A stretch of 64,000 nucleotides of DNA from Macrostomum lignano. Lineage: Eukaryota. A program made the translations under genes and the position numbers. Shown here in pieces: positions 1 through 10,951 of this stretch. The stretch spans positions 42,111 through 106,110 of the forward strand of contig NIVC01003294.1 in assembly GCA_002269645.1 (NCBI GenBank), read 5' to 3'. Under the pieces are notes generated by a model. The model made no database searches. It was not told the DNA's origin and saw nothing but the letters and a program-made list of their open reading frames with translations. Each line of letters opens with the position of its first letter. The stretch's first letter is position 1.

Positions 1-436
1 GGCGCAGTGAAGTGTGCGCCGTGCGCCGGCAAATTGCTGATTTGCGCCGGAAAATTCCGAGGATTCTACCGTCTTCCTGGCTGTGGTTTGGATAGAGTTT
101 GTGCAGTCATTCTGGTCCTATTACCAATCAAACAACTGCTTCTTTTCTTACATGGATTTACAATACAGAAATTATTTGTGTTTGTAATTGTGGCGAGACA
201 AAAACAAAAATAACTTCGATATAACTAGGGCCTATATCAACTATTAGGCCCTAAACTATGTGAACTAGGCCTAGCTACTTAGAAAATATCTGTTGCCACT
301 ATAACCACAGCCATATCTATAGCTATAGCAAAACCCTATATGTTAAAGTTATATTTATTAATTATTGCATTTGTTAGCATTTTCATTTAGAGATTCTGAA
401 AATGATTTTATCATAATTAGTGTCCTATTTATAATT

Positions 437-1652
437 GGGTCCATGAGATTTGAGAAATGCCCGCAGACAAATTGCCCGCCAAGATTTGCCCGCCGAGCTT
501 TTCCTGCCGTAATTTTCCCGCAATGCAATCTGCCTGCGAGTGAATTGCCCGCAGAGATTTGCCTGCCAAGATTTCCGCAATGCTTTTTCCTTTAGTGCTG
601 CATTTACTCGTACATGTAATGTAGCCTTGCGAGTAGCAACAGATTTGCCTGCATTGCGTTTTGTCAACACCCAATGCTAAGTAATATCATTTTTTTATAA
701 AAATATTTAGCCAATCAAATTGCTCCTGTAATATACATGTAATTGTATTTCAAATTTCTCTATGCAGATTTTTCTTGTGGGAGAAGTTTTCATTTCTATA
801 GCAGCATATCAGTGAGCCACATATATTCTATGTAGCTAATGTCCTCCTAGACTAGAGCATGCTCGATGCAATTTTTGGCGCCACAGTTGAGATTTTTTGT
901 GGGAAATGAAAAATCTAAAAAACTAAAATTCCTTTTGCAACAACTTTTCTACAATTATGTCTTGTCAATGGAGGAAAGAATAGAATGGAGTGCTAATCTG
1001 AGCCAGTTATTTTTATCTCGCTCAATCTTAACTTTTAACATCCTTTTCCCCCATTCCTTCCTATTGGCTAAAAGCATATTTTGATGTGAGCTTATACTAT
1101 GCTGGGACAGACCTTTTAGAGGGGAACAAAAGTGAAAACAAGACAAAAAATACTTTGTCTATGGCAGTCACGAGCCAATAGGAAAGAATGGAGGGGAAAG
1201 GGATGTTAAAAGTTAGCTACATAGCATTAGCTACATAGAATATATGTGGCTCACTGATGTGCCACTATAGAAATGAAAACTTCTCCCATAAGAAAAACTT
1301 GCATAGAGAAATTTGAAATACAATTACATGTATACTACAGGAGCAATTTGATTGGCTAAATATTTTTATAAAAAAATGACATTACTTAGCATTGGGTGTT
1401 GACAAAACGCAATGCAGGCAAATCTGTCGCTACTTGCAAGGCTACATTACATGTACGAGTAAATGCAGCACTAAAGGAAAAAGCATTGCGGAAATCTCCA
1501 TGGGCAATTCACTTGTGGGCAGATTGTATTGCAGTCAAATTTCAGCGGGCAAACCCCCTGCAGGCAAATCTCCTGCGAGCAAATCTCGGCAAGAAAAGCT
1601 CGGCGGGCAAATCTTGGCAGGCAATTTGTCTGCGGGCATTTCTCGTGCTCCC
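437..1652. mobile_element. Non-autonomous Mutator-like (MULE/foldback) element with ~410-bp TIRs and 9-bp TSD
   Basis: 437-~850 is the reverse complement of ~1222-1652; the identical 9-mer TTTATAATT flanks both ends (428-436 and 1653-1661); termini GGG/CCC; no transposase ORF. A smaller inverted pair lies in the middle (~1025-1070 vs ~1173-1215). Confidence 0.85.
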
Positions 1653-2799
1653 TTTATAATTATATATGATAAATAGATTTGTTTATTATAGTATATATTG
1701 TCTTCTAATATATATTATATGCAGAAAATATGTTTTGGTATTTTGTTTATTTGTTTATGTGACAGGCCTTTTGGCTCTGTCTTTCTAAACTTCTAACTAT
1801 TAGTGTTTATTAAATATCCTACGAGCTGCCACCAAAGTTGTTACAGGCCTTTCACCTCTTACTTTATCAATTTTAATCCCACCGATTTGCCAACTACAGT
1901 TATCCTGATTATACTTGCTTTTACTCCCTAACTATTTCTTAGAATTTCATTTAAATATTTCTGGGTAGCGTTCTTAGTAGCGTTTCTGGTAGCGTTTCTG
2001 GTAGCTTATGGCTTGCTTTCTGGTAGCGTTCTAGTAGCTTATGGCCTGAGCGGTCTAGTACTGGTATATGTATTAGTGTATAGTCCTAATCGGGCGTTCA
2101 CCGAGACTAGAGGGTCACGGCGCCTCTCTTGGTATATCTCCAAGAATTAGTCCCAATTCCCTTCTCTTAGCAAATTTCTTAGAATCGTTTCACAGGTTTT
2201 GCAAATAAATAAGTCGCTATTTAGCTCAAAGACTTTGAAATGGTTTAGATTGAACTGCTTATTCTGTTCGCAATTATTTGCTCACGAGTAAAAGACAGTT
2301 AGAGTATATTTGTCGCAAAACCGCTCCTATATATAGTGATTTTTCCCACATACGATTAAAACAAAAAAATAATTCTCCAATTTATTTCGCGCATTAAAAC
2401 AAACTATTATTTGGCGTTCGCGTAGATTCAGTTTCTAAGAAAGATTCGAATATACAGTTATTACATTGAAAGAACATTCGAGTATACTATGATAAAGGCA
2501 TAGCACTAGTACAACTTTCCTCCTCTATATATCAAATTTTGAACGAAATACTATATTATATGTATACAGTGAAAAATTGATATCGTAGGAAAATGCAGGT
2601 GAAAAGGTGCAAAGCAAGGTGCAGAAAACACAATTCAGTGCTAAAACAATTGGTGCATAAAATGGTTGTGATAGAACTATTATGTAGGTAAACCATTAAA
2701 GTGAGAACTATTATGGAAGCAAAACGAACTATTATAAAAGTATTATAAAAGGCAAAATTGTTATTAAAGGCAACGCAAAAGTTAGTTCACCTCAATAGT

Positions 2800-3675
2800 T
2801 CAGATAAACATGCAGGGCTCCGGGAGGTCGCGATAGTAGGGCCAGCCGACTTGAGCGAAAAACCATCGGTACTCTTCGTCGAGGACCGTCAGCGCTGGCG
2901 GCGGGTTGGCTCTTATAGCTCGCTGGAGGCGATAGGCGACGTCCTGGAGAACAGCGACAGCTTCCTGGTAACTGAATTGATCCCTCAGAAACTTCAGGTG
3001 TGTCCAAATTTGCGAGCATTGGGGGTAGCGCTGTCGGCTGTCGGATCGGTGGTATGCTACTTTCAGTGCGTATTGCTCAATGTGGAAGCGTAGCTTTTCC
3101 ACCTCTGCTCCGCGAGTCTCCACAAGTTCTCGGACGATGCGATGAAAATCTCTCTGCGAATTCGATTGCTGCTGGCTCGGCTGTAGTGCTGATGGCTGGC
3201 TAGACTGCTGCGCTGATTGCAGGCTCGGCTGCAGCGCTGACTGCTGCGCTGATTGCAGGCTCGGCTGCGACGCTGGCTGCTGAGCTGGCGGTGTCGCAGC
3301 TGTCGATTTCTTCTGCCGTGGTGCCGGGGTCTTTCTCGATGATGGGGCAGCTGGCGGTGACACCAACTGCTGCGTTCGGCTTGATGTCGACGATCCTGGC
3401 GTGGCCTTGACAACATAGGAGCGCACGGGCGCAGCTGCCTGTGCTGCCACCAGGGCGGCGCGCTTCTGCTCGGGGCCTTCGACCCTCATTTGGCGGCAAG
3501 GCGATGAAGCTGGCGATGATGTTCTTGGCCGTTTGCTGGATACACCAGGCGCCTTTGGACGTGTTGCACATCGAAGCGGTGCCTCATTTTCGTCGGTGTT
3601 GGGCGCTGGCTGGGGCTCCATATCGTCTGACAGATTGCCAATTAACTCGTCCAAGATATCAATAGAGTTGTTCAT
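2800..3675 (-). CDS. Extra ORF (291 aa) inside the LTR element, at the ORF3/env position; P/S/Q-rich N-terminus, compact helical C-terminal ~110 aa
   Basis: Uninterrupted ATG-to-stop ORF on the same strand as gag, downstream of the pol tail; no family recognised. Confidence 0.6.
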   Translation of the reverse strand: MNNSIDILDELIGNLSDDMEPQPAPNTDENEAPLRCATRPKAPGVSSKRPRTSSPASSPCRQMRVEGPEQKRAALVAAQAAAPVRSYVVKATPGSSTSSRTQQLVSPPAAPSSRKTPAPRQKKSTAATPPAQQPASQPSLQSAQQSALQPSLQSAQQSSQPSALQPSQQQSNSQRDFHRIVRELVETRGAEVEKLRFHIEQYALKVAYHRSDSRQRYPQCSQIWTHLKFLRDQFSYQEAVAVLQDVAYRLQRAIRANPPPALTVLDEEYRWFFAQVGWPYYRDLPEPCMFI

Positions 3676-3758
3676 TTTGATTTCTCTGCGAATGGCTCTT
3701 AGAATAGAAAGGAAGCTAGCAGTGAGCTATGGGATCTGTGGGGCCTGCGGGGTGCTCG

Positions 3759-3826
3759 TATTTATAGGCTGGCGGGCCGAAAAACTGGACCTCTTCGAAG
3801 CACTCCCCTCGCGCGTGGGGCGGGGC
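3759..3826 (-). promoter_or_regulatory. Candidate internal promoter for the 291-aa ORF (GC box + TATA)
   Basis: Minus-strand TATAAATA at 3759-3766, ~85 bp upstream of the ATG; Sp1-type GGGGCGGGGC at 3817-3826. Confidence 0.45.
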
Positions 3827-4075
3827 ATGCCAGATTTGACAGATTTGACAACTAAATTTTTATGGATTTTCTATTTCTTTTTATAACTTTTTTATTTTTT
3901 GATAGATTTTCTTGAGTAAAGTATCAAATTAAAGATCGCATTTTGTAGATTAATATGGTATTTACAGATTCGCTCTATGTACAGCATGTCAAATTTTATA
4001 AGCAGATAAGTAATTCTAATACGGAATTTTAACTATTTAACACTGTTTCTTATGGGAAATTGCTTACGTCATGAT

Positions 4076-4549
4076 TTAAGGTGCTAAATATTTCGCGTAG
4101 CGCCTTCGGGGCACAAATCCTGTCGCGCCTTCTCTTTCTCTCCTTCGCTGAGTCATCCTAAAGTTATACCTATTCTCTGGCTGAACTCGTTCCTCCTCTA
4201 ACTCTAATGCTCCTTCTTCTTCTTCTGATGGCTCATCTGAGTCAGTCACTCTCTCTGTATTCTCACTGTTCAATTCTTCATTTCCTTCGTTTTCACTCTG
4301 CGAATTCGGATCTGCGAATACTCTCCATTGAATTCTGTTTTCTTCGTCTGAGCTTTCCTCCTCTAAAATTTGAACTTCTGGAATTCTAACTTCTTTTTGT
4401 CTATGGCAAATTCTTTTCTTCGGCTTCGGCGGTTCCTTCTTCTTAGTTGACACTGGTGCTGGTTTTAAATTATTATTAATTTCCTCTGGTAAATCAATTT
4501 CGGATTTCGGTACTGGAGTCAGATTATTTCTATGTTTCTCTTCGAACAA
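4076..4549 (-). pseudogene. Remnant C-terminal tail of Gypsy pol/integrase
   Basis: Acidic/proline-rich low-complexity tail ending in RYNFR (resembles the RYNLR motif at Gypsy pol ends); catalytic domains are absent upstream. Confidence 0.5.
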
Positions 4550-5364
4550 CTTTGCAAATTCTCACAGCTTCTCCTCGAAATCTCATCTTCATTCCATCTC
4601 ATCTCAACTCAACAACTTCTCGACTCAATATCTCGACTCGACCCTGACCTCTCGAAAGCTTCTCTGCTGAACTCATGCCAGCTACAGCTCTACTGTCACG
4701 GGTCCTACAACTCTTAACAAATTCTCAAATCTCGAATCTCCTTCCGCTATCTCAGTTTGGCCTCGTCAGTAGAATCATAGAAATTCTGTATTAATCTGCT
4801 CTTTAGGCCTTACTGCCCTTCCTTTCCTGCATGGCCTGACTCTCTGAACCTTTTTTGGCTCTTCTGAAAGCGTCATCGGCCTCTTCTTTCTGCCTTTGGC
4901 CAATCCGCAATTGGTCAGTATGCGTAGCTGTCCGCGCGTCATGCCAATCTCTGCAATCCAATCTTTTCGACAATTCTCTTCGCACAATTCTGCACAGTTC
5001 TCTCAGCATCAACTTCTCGTCAACTTCTCTGAGTAAAATAATCTTCCTTCAATGTTTTCAGTCCGAAATTGCAGTTCCCTGGCTTTCCTAAATAAGTTTC
5101 TTAGTAAAACGGCCCTTTTAAGGTCAAACGGCCCTTTTAAGGGTCACCTTCCTAAAATTTAATTATTTTATTTCTTTTAGACAGCTTATTTAATCAGTTG
5201 CCTTGCAATATGCCAACAAAATACCTCTTAATCAAATGTTTTTGGGTTTTTCTGAATTTTTTATTCGTTTTTATATTTATGCATATATATTTGAAACATA
5301 TTTACAGATTTGCTTTACAGACACTTTTAATTTGCTGATTCGCTTGAGTTCGCTCACTTTCTGA

Positions 5365-5943
5365 TTATGGCGGCTTCTGCTGGGCGTACCGATTGAAGTT
5401 GATTCGGCACTGGTGTCCTGCTTGAGGCCTAATGGGTCCTGGCTGGTTGCAGAAGAAGCAGTGACCAGGTGTCGGCTCTGGCCTGATTCCACTGAATCTG
5501 TTCAGGCGGCGCGGTCTTGGCACTGACTGCTGCTGCTGCCCTGTCTTTGGTTCTAGGCTAATGTTTGTTAGCACGAAGGTCAAGGTCATTAGACACTCTA
5601 CTAATGCATCAATTCCCTCTTTTCGGTTCTGCTGCTTCGGCTCAAATTCTTCGATTATTCGTCGCCTAATTTCCTGATACTGACTCTGCTCTTTTCTGTG
5701 ACTGATTCGGCGTTTCAGTCCCTCTGGGATGTTTAGATTAGCAAAGAGAGCTTCCTTCTGTTTCTCGCCTGTAATCCCTTGGATTCTGCACTGCTGCTCA
5801 AACGTGTTCATCCACTGCCTAATGTTCTGACCAGGTGTGAACTTTTCTACTTGCACTTCAGCCTCCTTCGATCCTAACTTGAGATGTTTCCTCAGTTCCT
5901 CTGCCAGCATGGCGATGGCATCATTAGCCTGATTCTGATTCAT
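5365..5943 (-). CDS. Gag-like ORF (192 aa) of the LTR element, with degenerate zinc knuckle
   Basis: First ORF after the PBS; capsid-like 'FTPGQNIRQWMNTFEQQC'; 'CFFCNQPGP' is a CX2CX4H knuckle with His replaced by Pro. Confidence 0.7.
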   Translation of the reverse strand: MNQNQANDAIAMLAEELRKHLKLGSKEAEVQVEKFTPGQNIRQWMNTFEQQCRIQGITGEKQKEALFANLNIPEGLKRRISHRKEQSQYQEIRRRIIEEFEPKQQNRKEGIDALVECLMTLTFVLTNISLEPKTGQQQQSVPRPRRLNRFSGIRPEPTPGHCFFCNQPGPIRPQAGHQCRINFNRYAQQKPP

Positions 5944-7120
5944 CTTTTCTCTACGAAAAACTTTTCAAATTATTCTTCGGAATTCTTCTGAATCTAGCTT
6001 TAAGAGTTCGCGCCGTTTCTCTAATCCTTATCGCTGCCACCAGCTGTGACAGGCCTTTTGGCTCTGTCTTTCTAAACTTCTAACTATTAGTGTTTATTAA
6101 ATATCCTACGAGCTGCCACCAAAGTTGTTACAGGCCTTTCACCTCTTACTTTATCAATTTTAATCCCACCGATTTGCCAACTACAGTTATCCTGATTATA
6201 CTTGCTTTTACTCCCTAACTATTTCTTAGAATTTCATTTAAATATTTCTGGGTAGCGTTCTTAGTAGCGTTTCTGGTAGCGTTCTTAGTAGCGTTTCTGG
6301 TAGCTTATGGCTTGCTTTCTGGTAGCGTTCTAGTAGCTTATGGCCTGAGCGGTCTAGTACTGGTATATGTATTAGTGTATAGTCCTAATCGGGCGTTCAC
6401 CGAGACTAGAGGGTCACGGCGCCTCTCTTGGTATATCTCCAAGAATTAGTCCCAATTCCCTTCTCTTAGCAAATTTCTTAGAATCGTTTCACAGGTTTTG
6501 CAAATAAATAAGTCGCTATTTAGCTCAAAGACTTTGAAATGGTTTAGATTGAACTGCTTATTCTGTTCGCAATTATTTGCTCACGAGTAAAAGACAGTTA
6601 GAGTATATTTGTCGCAAAACCGCTCCTATATATAGTGATTTTTCCCACATACGATTAAAACAAAAAAATAATTCTCCAATTTATTTCGCGCATTAAAACA
6701 AACTATTATTTGGCGTTCGCGTAGATTCAGTTTCTAAGAAAGATTCGAATATACAGTTATTACATTGAAAGAACATTCGAGTATACTATGATAAAGGCAT
6801 AGCACTAGTACATTTAGGCCTACCATGAAATTGTTCAAGCCTACAAGCTATATATCAAGTTATAGCACTTGAAACTCTAAATTAAAAGTTTATAGGCCTA
6901 CTTTTAGGCCTAATATATAGCCAGTTTGCTTTTTGCTAGTTTGTCTCTGAAATAGCTAAATAAGTGTTTTGTCTACATATGTTATGGCTATTATGGCTAA
7001 ATAGTTAAACAACTGTTCCTAGTTGCACTTGCACTGATAATTTTATAGTTGGCTTATCTTAATAAAACTTATAAAAGCATAGGCCCTAGTGTTTTTGTCC
7101 ATTGGATAGTGTTCCAATGG

Positions 7121-7400
7121 ATGGGTTATAGTCTAATAGTTAAAGTGTTGGACTCACAACTTGAAGATTATGGGTTCAATTCCTAATCCAACTGAAAAAA
7201 TTGTGTCCTTGAGCAAGACACTTAATTCTATATTGTTTCAGCTTACCTAGCTATAAAATAGTTGCTAGCATTAGCTGGGATAATTGAGGCTATGTGGTGC
7301 CCCTCCCCTCCCCCTAGTCCTTAGATTGAATAGCCATATGCAGCCTTTAGATATGCTATGCAATAGCTGTTGCTAAGCTGTCAGTTGCAAATCTGCCCAT
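7121..7400 (+). mobile_element. tRNA-derived SINE family B, heavily C-to-T/G-to-A eroded copy
   Basis: Colinear with the copies at 13657 and 60361; shares the core TTGTGTCCTTGAGCAAGACACTTAA; contains no CpG. Confidence 0.85.
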
Positions 7401-7432
7401 TATGGCAATTTTGTTATCAATTATTATTAACA

Positions 7433-8056
7433 CAAGGGTTGTCCCAGAAATAGCAAGAAAAACCAGTACAGAGGCTGATTATGATATTCAAAATTGATGC
7501 AACTTGTGTCATAAGTTTAAAAAAATCCAATGGTTGTTTTGCTTTTTAAATGGGGTAAAAAGGTCAATTGATTTAAAAGTTGTGCCTATAATTTAAACAA
7601 TGGAAAGGGGATATAGAGTTAAACCAAATCGAGCCTACTGCTAACCATAGACTAAACTTTTGATGTTTAGTCAGAACCATCGATTCAAAAACAAAAGCAA
7701 ACAAAGAAGCTGAAGAGAAACAAGAGAGCACATAAGCTCTCAAAAAAGCAGAAGCTAATCTGAAGCAGAAGCAGAACAGCTGCAGGCTGAGGGGTGACTT
7801 TGTTGAAAAGTCATCAGTTAAGGGCAATGGCGATGCTGCGTGACCAACTTTGCAGACCCCTCGACTTGGTGTAACTCTACCCCTACCCTTTGTTCTATTT
7901 ATAGACACAACTTTTGAATGAATTGACATTTTACCCCATTTAAAAAGCAAAACAACCGTTGGATTTTTTTCTACTTATGACGCAAGTTGCATCAAATTCA
8001 AATGTCATAGTCAGCCTCTGTACCAGTTTTTCCCACTATTTCTGGGACAACCCTCG
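7433..8056. mobile_element. Tc1/mariner-like MITE with ~128-bp TIRs
   Basis: 7433-7560 is the reverse complement of 7929-8056; terminus CGAGGGTTGTCCC followed by TA on the right (left flank is CA, imperfect). Confidence 0.75.
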
Positions 8057-8391
8057 TATTATTAGTATTGCATTTATTTGTTTACAAAATCGATTAGCAA
8101 TCATGTATATATTATTAATAGGCATCTCAAATATCTTTGTACCAATGATGTTAATTGATACTCTGATCAAACAAGTAAATATATTATCTGGACTATAAAT
8201 TAGTCATTTTATTCATTTAGCATATTTTTTATGGCTTGTGTAACAATCAATTAATTAATCTGCTCCCATGTCCAATTTTGTCCTTGTACTTGTAATGTAT
8301 GCTTGTATTTATCTAAATCTGTGCTAGTTCGTTCTAAAATGAATATGCGCTCCACTCACTACTAAACCTTCAGCTCCATCAGTAGCCAGTC

Positions 8392-10718
8392 ATGGGTGTA
8401 CGCGGCCTGAAGAAGCACCTGAAGCGGGTGAACGCCCCCCGGCACTGGATGCTGGACAAAATGTCCGGCTGCTTCGCCCCCAAGCCGGCCGCTGGGCCGC
8501 ACAAAATGCGCGAATGCCTGCCGCTGTGCCTGTTCCTGCGCAACCGGCTGAAGTACGCGCTCACTTACAAGGAGACCACCAAGATTCTGGCGCAGCGCTC
8601 TATTAAGGTGAGTCTCGTCTCTCGCTCGCTGTTTTCTTTTGGAAGAGGCAGAGATTGTAGTGATAAAAATAATATATCGAGATGGGATGAGAGGAGATAA
8701 ATGAGGAGATGGGTGAGATTGGAGGGCGGAAGGCGTGAGATTGGATGATGGAAAGGGTGAGATTGGAAGGCGGAAGGGGTGAGATTGGAGGGCGGAACTG
8801 GTGAGGTTGCTGGGCGGAACTGGTGAGGTTGCTGGGCGGAACTGGTGAGGTTGCTGGGCGGAACTGGTGAGGTTGCTGGGCGGAACTGGTGAGGTTGCTG
8901 GGCGGAGCTGGTGAGATTAGAGGGTGGAAAGGATGAGATTGGAGGGCGGGAACTGGTGAGATTGGAGGGCGGGAACTGGTGAGATTGGAGCGTGGAAAGG
9001 GTGAGATTTGAGGGTGGAAAGGGTAAGCTTGGAGGGTGGAAGGGTGATATTAGAGGACAAAAGGGATTATTTTAGAGAGTGGAACGGGTGAGATTAGAGG
9101 GCGGAAGGAATGAGACCGGGTTGTTAATAGATCATATTGGAGGTAAAAAAGTGTAGGCCGAATAAAAGACAGAGATGACAAACATTAAAAAAAATTTGAC
9201 ACATGTCAAGTAAAGCCGCTTTGACACGTGTCAAGAGGTGCATGAATTTGACTTCGGTGTCAGATCAGGTTGGCTATAAAGATGTCCCCCGTCTTGGCGC
9301 CCTGCTCAGGTGGACGCCCGCGTCCGCACGGACAAGCGATTCCCGGCCGGCTTCATGGACGTCATCAGCATCGAGCGGACTGGCGAGAACTACCGCCTGA
9401 TCTACGATGTGAAGGGTCGCTTCGCCTTGCACGCGATCACCCCGGAGGAGGCCAAGTATAAGCTGTGCCGCGTGCGCAGGTGAGCGGGGTGGGAGAGTTC
9501 GTTTAGCTTTGTCACACAACCGGCGAGAGGCATTGCTGCCCATTCCGCCGACTCCCCCTGAGCAGGCACACACACAGGAGTGTACAGCGGCCCTAACTTT
9601 ATTTATCGTTAGGCATGTACACTTCACTGTGCCCTGGGGTTGGCCTCAAGGCCGTTAATTGCACAAGCAGAGCCAAGCTGAGATTCCAGTTTAGCCCCAA
9701 ATTAATGCAACTGCACTTGGAATCGAGCCCGGGCCGCTGGCATATCAGAGCGCCGCGCTGGACCACTGGGCTATGCCCCCCCCCGATGTGAATTACAAAA
9801 TTACAAAAAAGTTTTCGTCCATAGGAAGTTTCTCAATTTGTGCTGCACCATCAACTTAACGAAGCTGAAGTTGGCACCAAATTGAGGGCACAGAGAGTGT
9901 AGTACTCAAGCTACCAGTAGTAAACTCCAATCGCCAGAATCCCATTCCCTGAAATCCATCAGCTGAATCCTCTCCAACTTCTCTATAAAACATCTCAAAT
10001 TTAAGTATCATATCTTGCTTTCCCTGTGTGCAGAAATTGACTGCCTCAGACTGAGACTTTTTCTGACTCCTCTCTCCTCTCTGTTCTCATCGCTCCTCTC
10101 CCATCTCTACTCTCTTATCTATCAATTCTCATCTCTCCTCTCCCTTTTATCGCTTGTCTCTCCTCCCTACGAAGGGACCTCTCCCCTATTCTCTCCTCCC
10201 TCCACTATCATCTCTCATCTCTACTCTCTTATCTCTCGTCTCTCCTCTACCTTGTAGTCACTAAAGCTACTGATATGTATCGATAATAAGTTCACAAAGC
10301 TGGCACACATCACCGCAGGGTGGCCACCGCCCATGGCAACGTGCCGCTGCTCAACACGCACGACGCCCGCACCATCCGGTACCCGGACCCGATGGTGAAG
10401 GTCAACGACACGATCAGGGTGGACCTGGCCACCGGCAAGATCATCGACTTCGTGAAGTTCGAGCCCGGCAACCTGTGCATGATCACCGGCGGCGCCAACA
10501 CCGGCCGAGTTGGCGTCATCACCCACAAGGAGCGTCACCCGGACTTTGACATTGTGCACGTGAAGGACTCGCTTGGCCACACCTTCGCCACTAGGGAGAG
10601 CAACGTCTTCGTCATTGGCAAGGGCAACCAGCCCTGGGTGTCGCTGCCGCGCGGCAAAGGCGTCAAGCTGAGCATCGCCGAGGAGCGCGACCGCCGCCTG
10701 GCTGTCACCCGCAAGTGA
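8392..10718 (+). CDS. RPS4: 40S ribosomal protein S4 (eS4), 3 coding exons, 261 aa
   Basis: Exons 8392-8607, 9310-9479 and 10319-10718 with GT-AG junctions in consistent phase (786 nt); translation [59 protein letters not shown] matches eS4. Confidence 0.98.
8695..9112. repeat. G-rich ~20-22-bp minisatellite in RPS4 intron 1
   Basis: Tandem GGTGAG(A/G)TTG..GGGCGGAA(CT) units. Confidence 0.85.
9490..9780 (-). mobile_element. tRNA-derived SINE family A in RPS4 intron 2
   Basis: Minus-strand head with A-box TAGCCCAGTGG and B-box GGCTCGATTCC; body shared with copies at 16555, 22531 and 33030. Confidence 0.8.
10060..10252. repeat. CT-rich low-complexity tract in RPS4 intron 2
   Basis: Degenerate TCTCCTCTC/TCTCATCTC repeats. 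Confidence 0.7.
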
Positions 10719-10951
10719 GCGAGCGGTCTCTGTCACCAATGGCTAACCTGCGGAGAAGTTTGCTTTGAAATCTGAGATTTTTGGAACTCGTTTCACGCTA
10801 TTGTCTGGTTAATGCTTTTTGAGGGTAGGAGAACATTAATAAAATAACAAATTGGCTATCGGCCGTTTGGCTGGTTGGTTTGTTTCGAGTGAATCTTTGG
10901 CCTGGATTGAAACTGATTTTGTTTGACTGGCTTCTCTTTTCCTTTTTTACA

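Larger units (their letters stand above)
1758..6812 (-). mobile_element. Non-autonomous LTR retrotransposon (Ty3/Gypsy-derived, LARD-like), full length and recent
   Basis: LTRs 1758-2513 and 6045-6812 both read TGT...ACA and look identical apart from a 12-bp repeat-unit indel; 4-bp TSD TTTA; on the minus strand a PBS TGGTGGCAGCGA (6031-6042, complementary to the tRNA-Leu 3' end) and a PPT AGAGGAGGAAAGT (2514-2526). No RT, RNase H or integrase core between the LTRs. Confidence 0.93.

Noticed and set aside
4803-5012. Histone H2B-like peptide (AKKGSE..KGSK) near the stem-loop motif
   Set aside because: Only a chance Lys-rich match with no histone fold, and it is on the opposite strand from the stem-loop.
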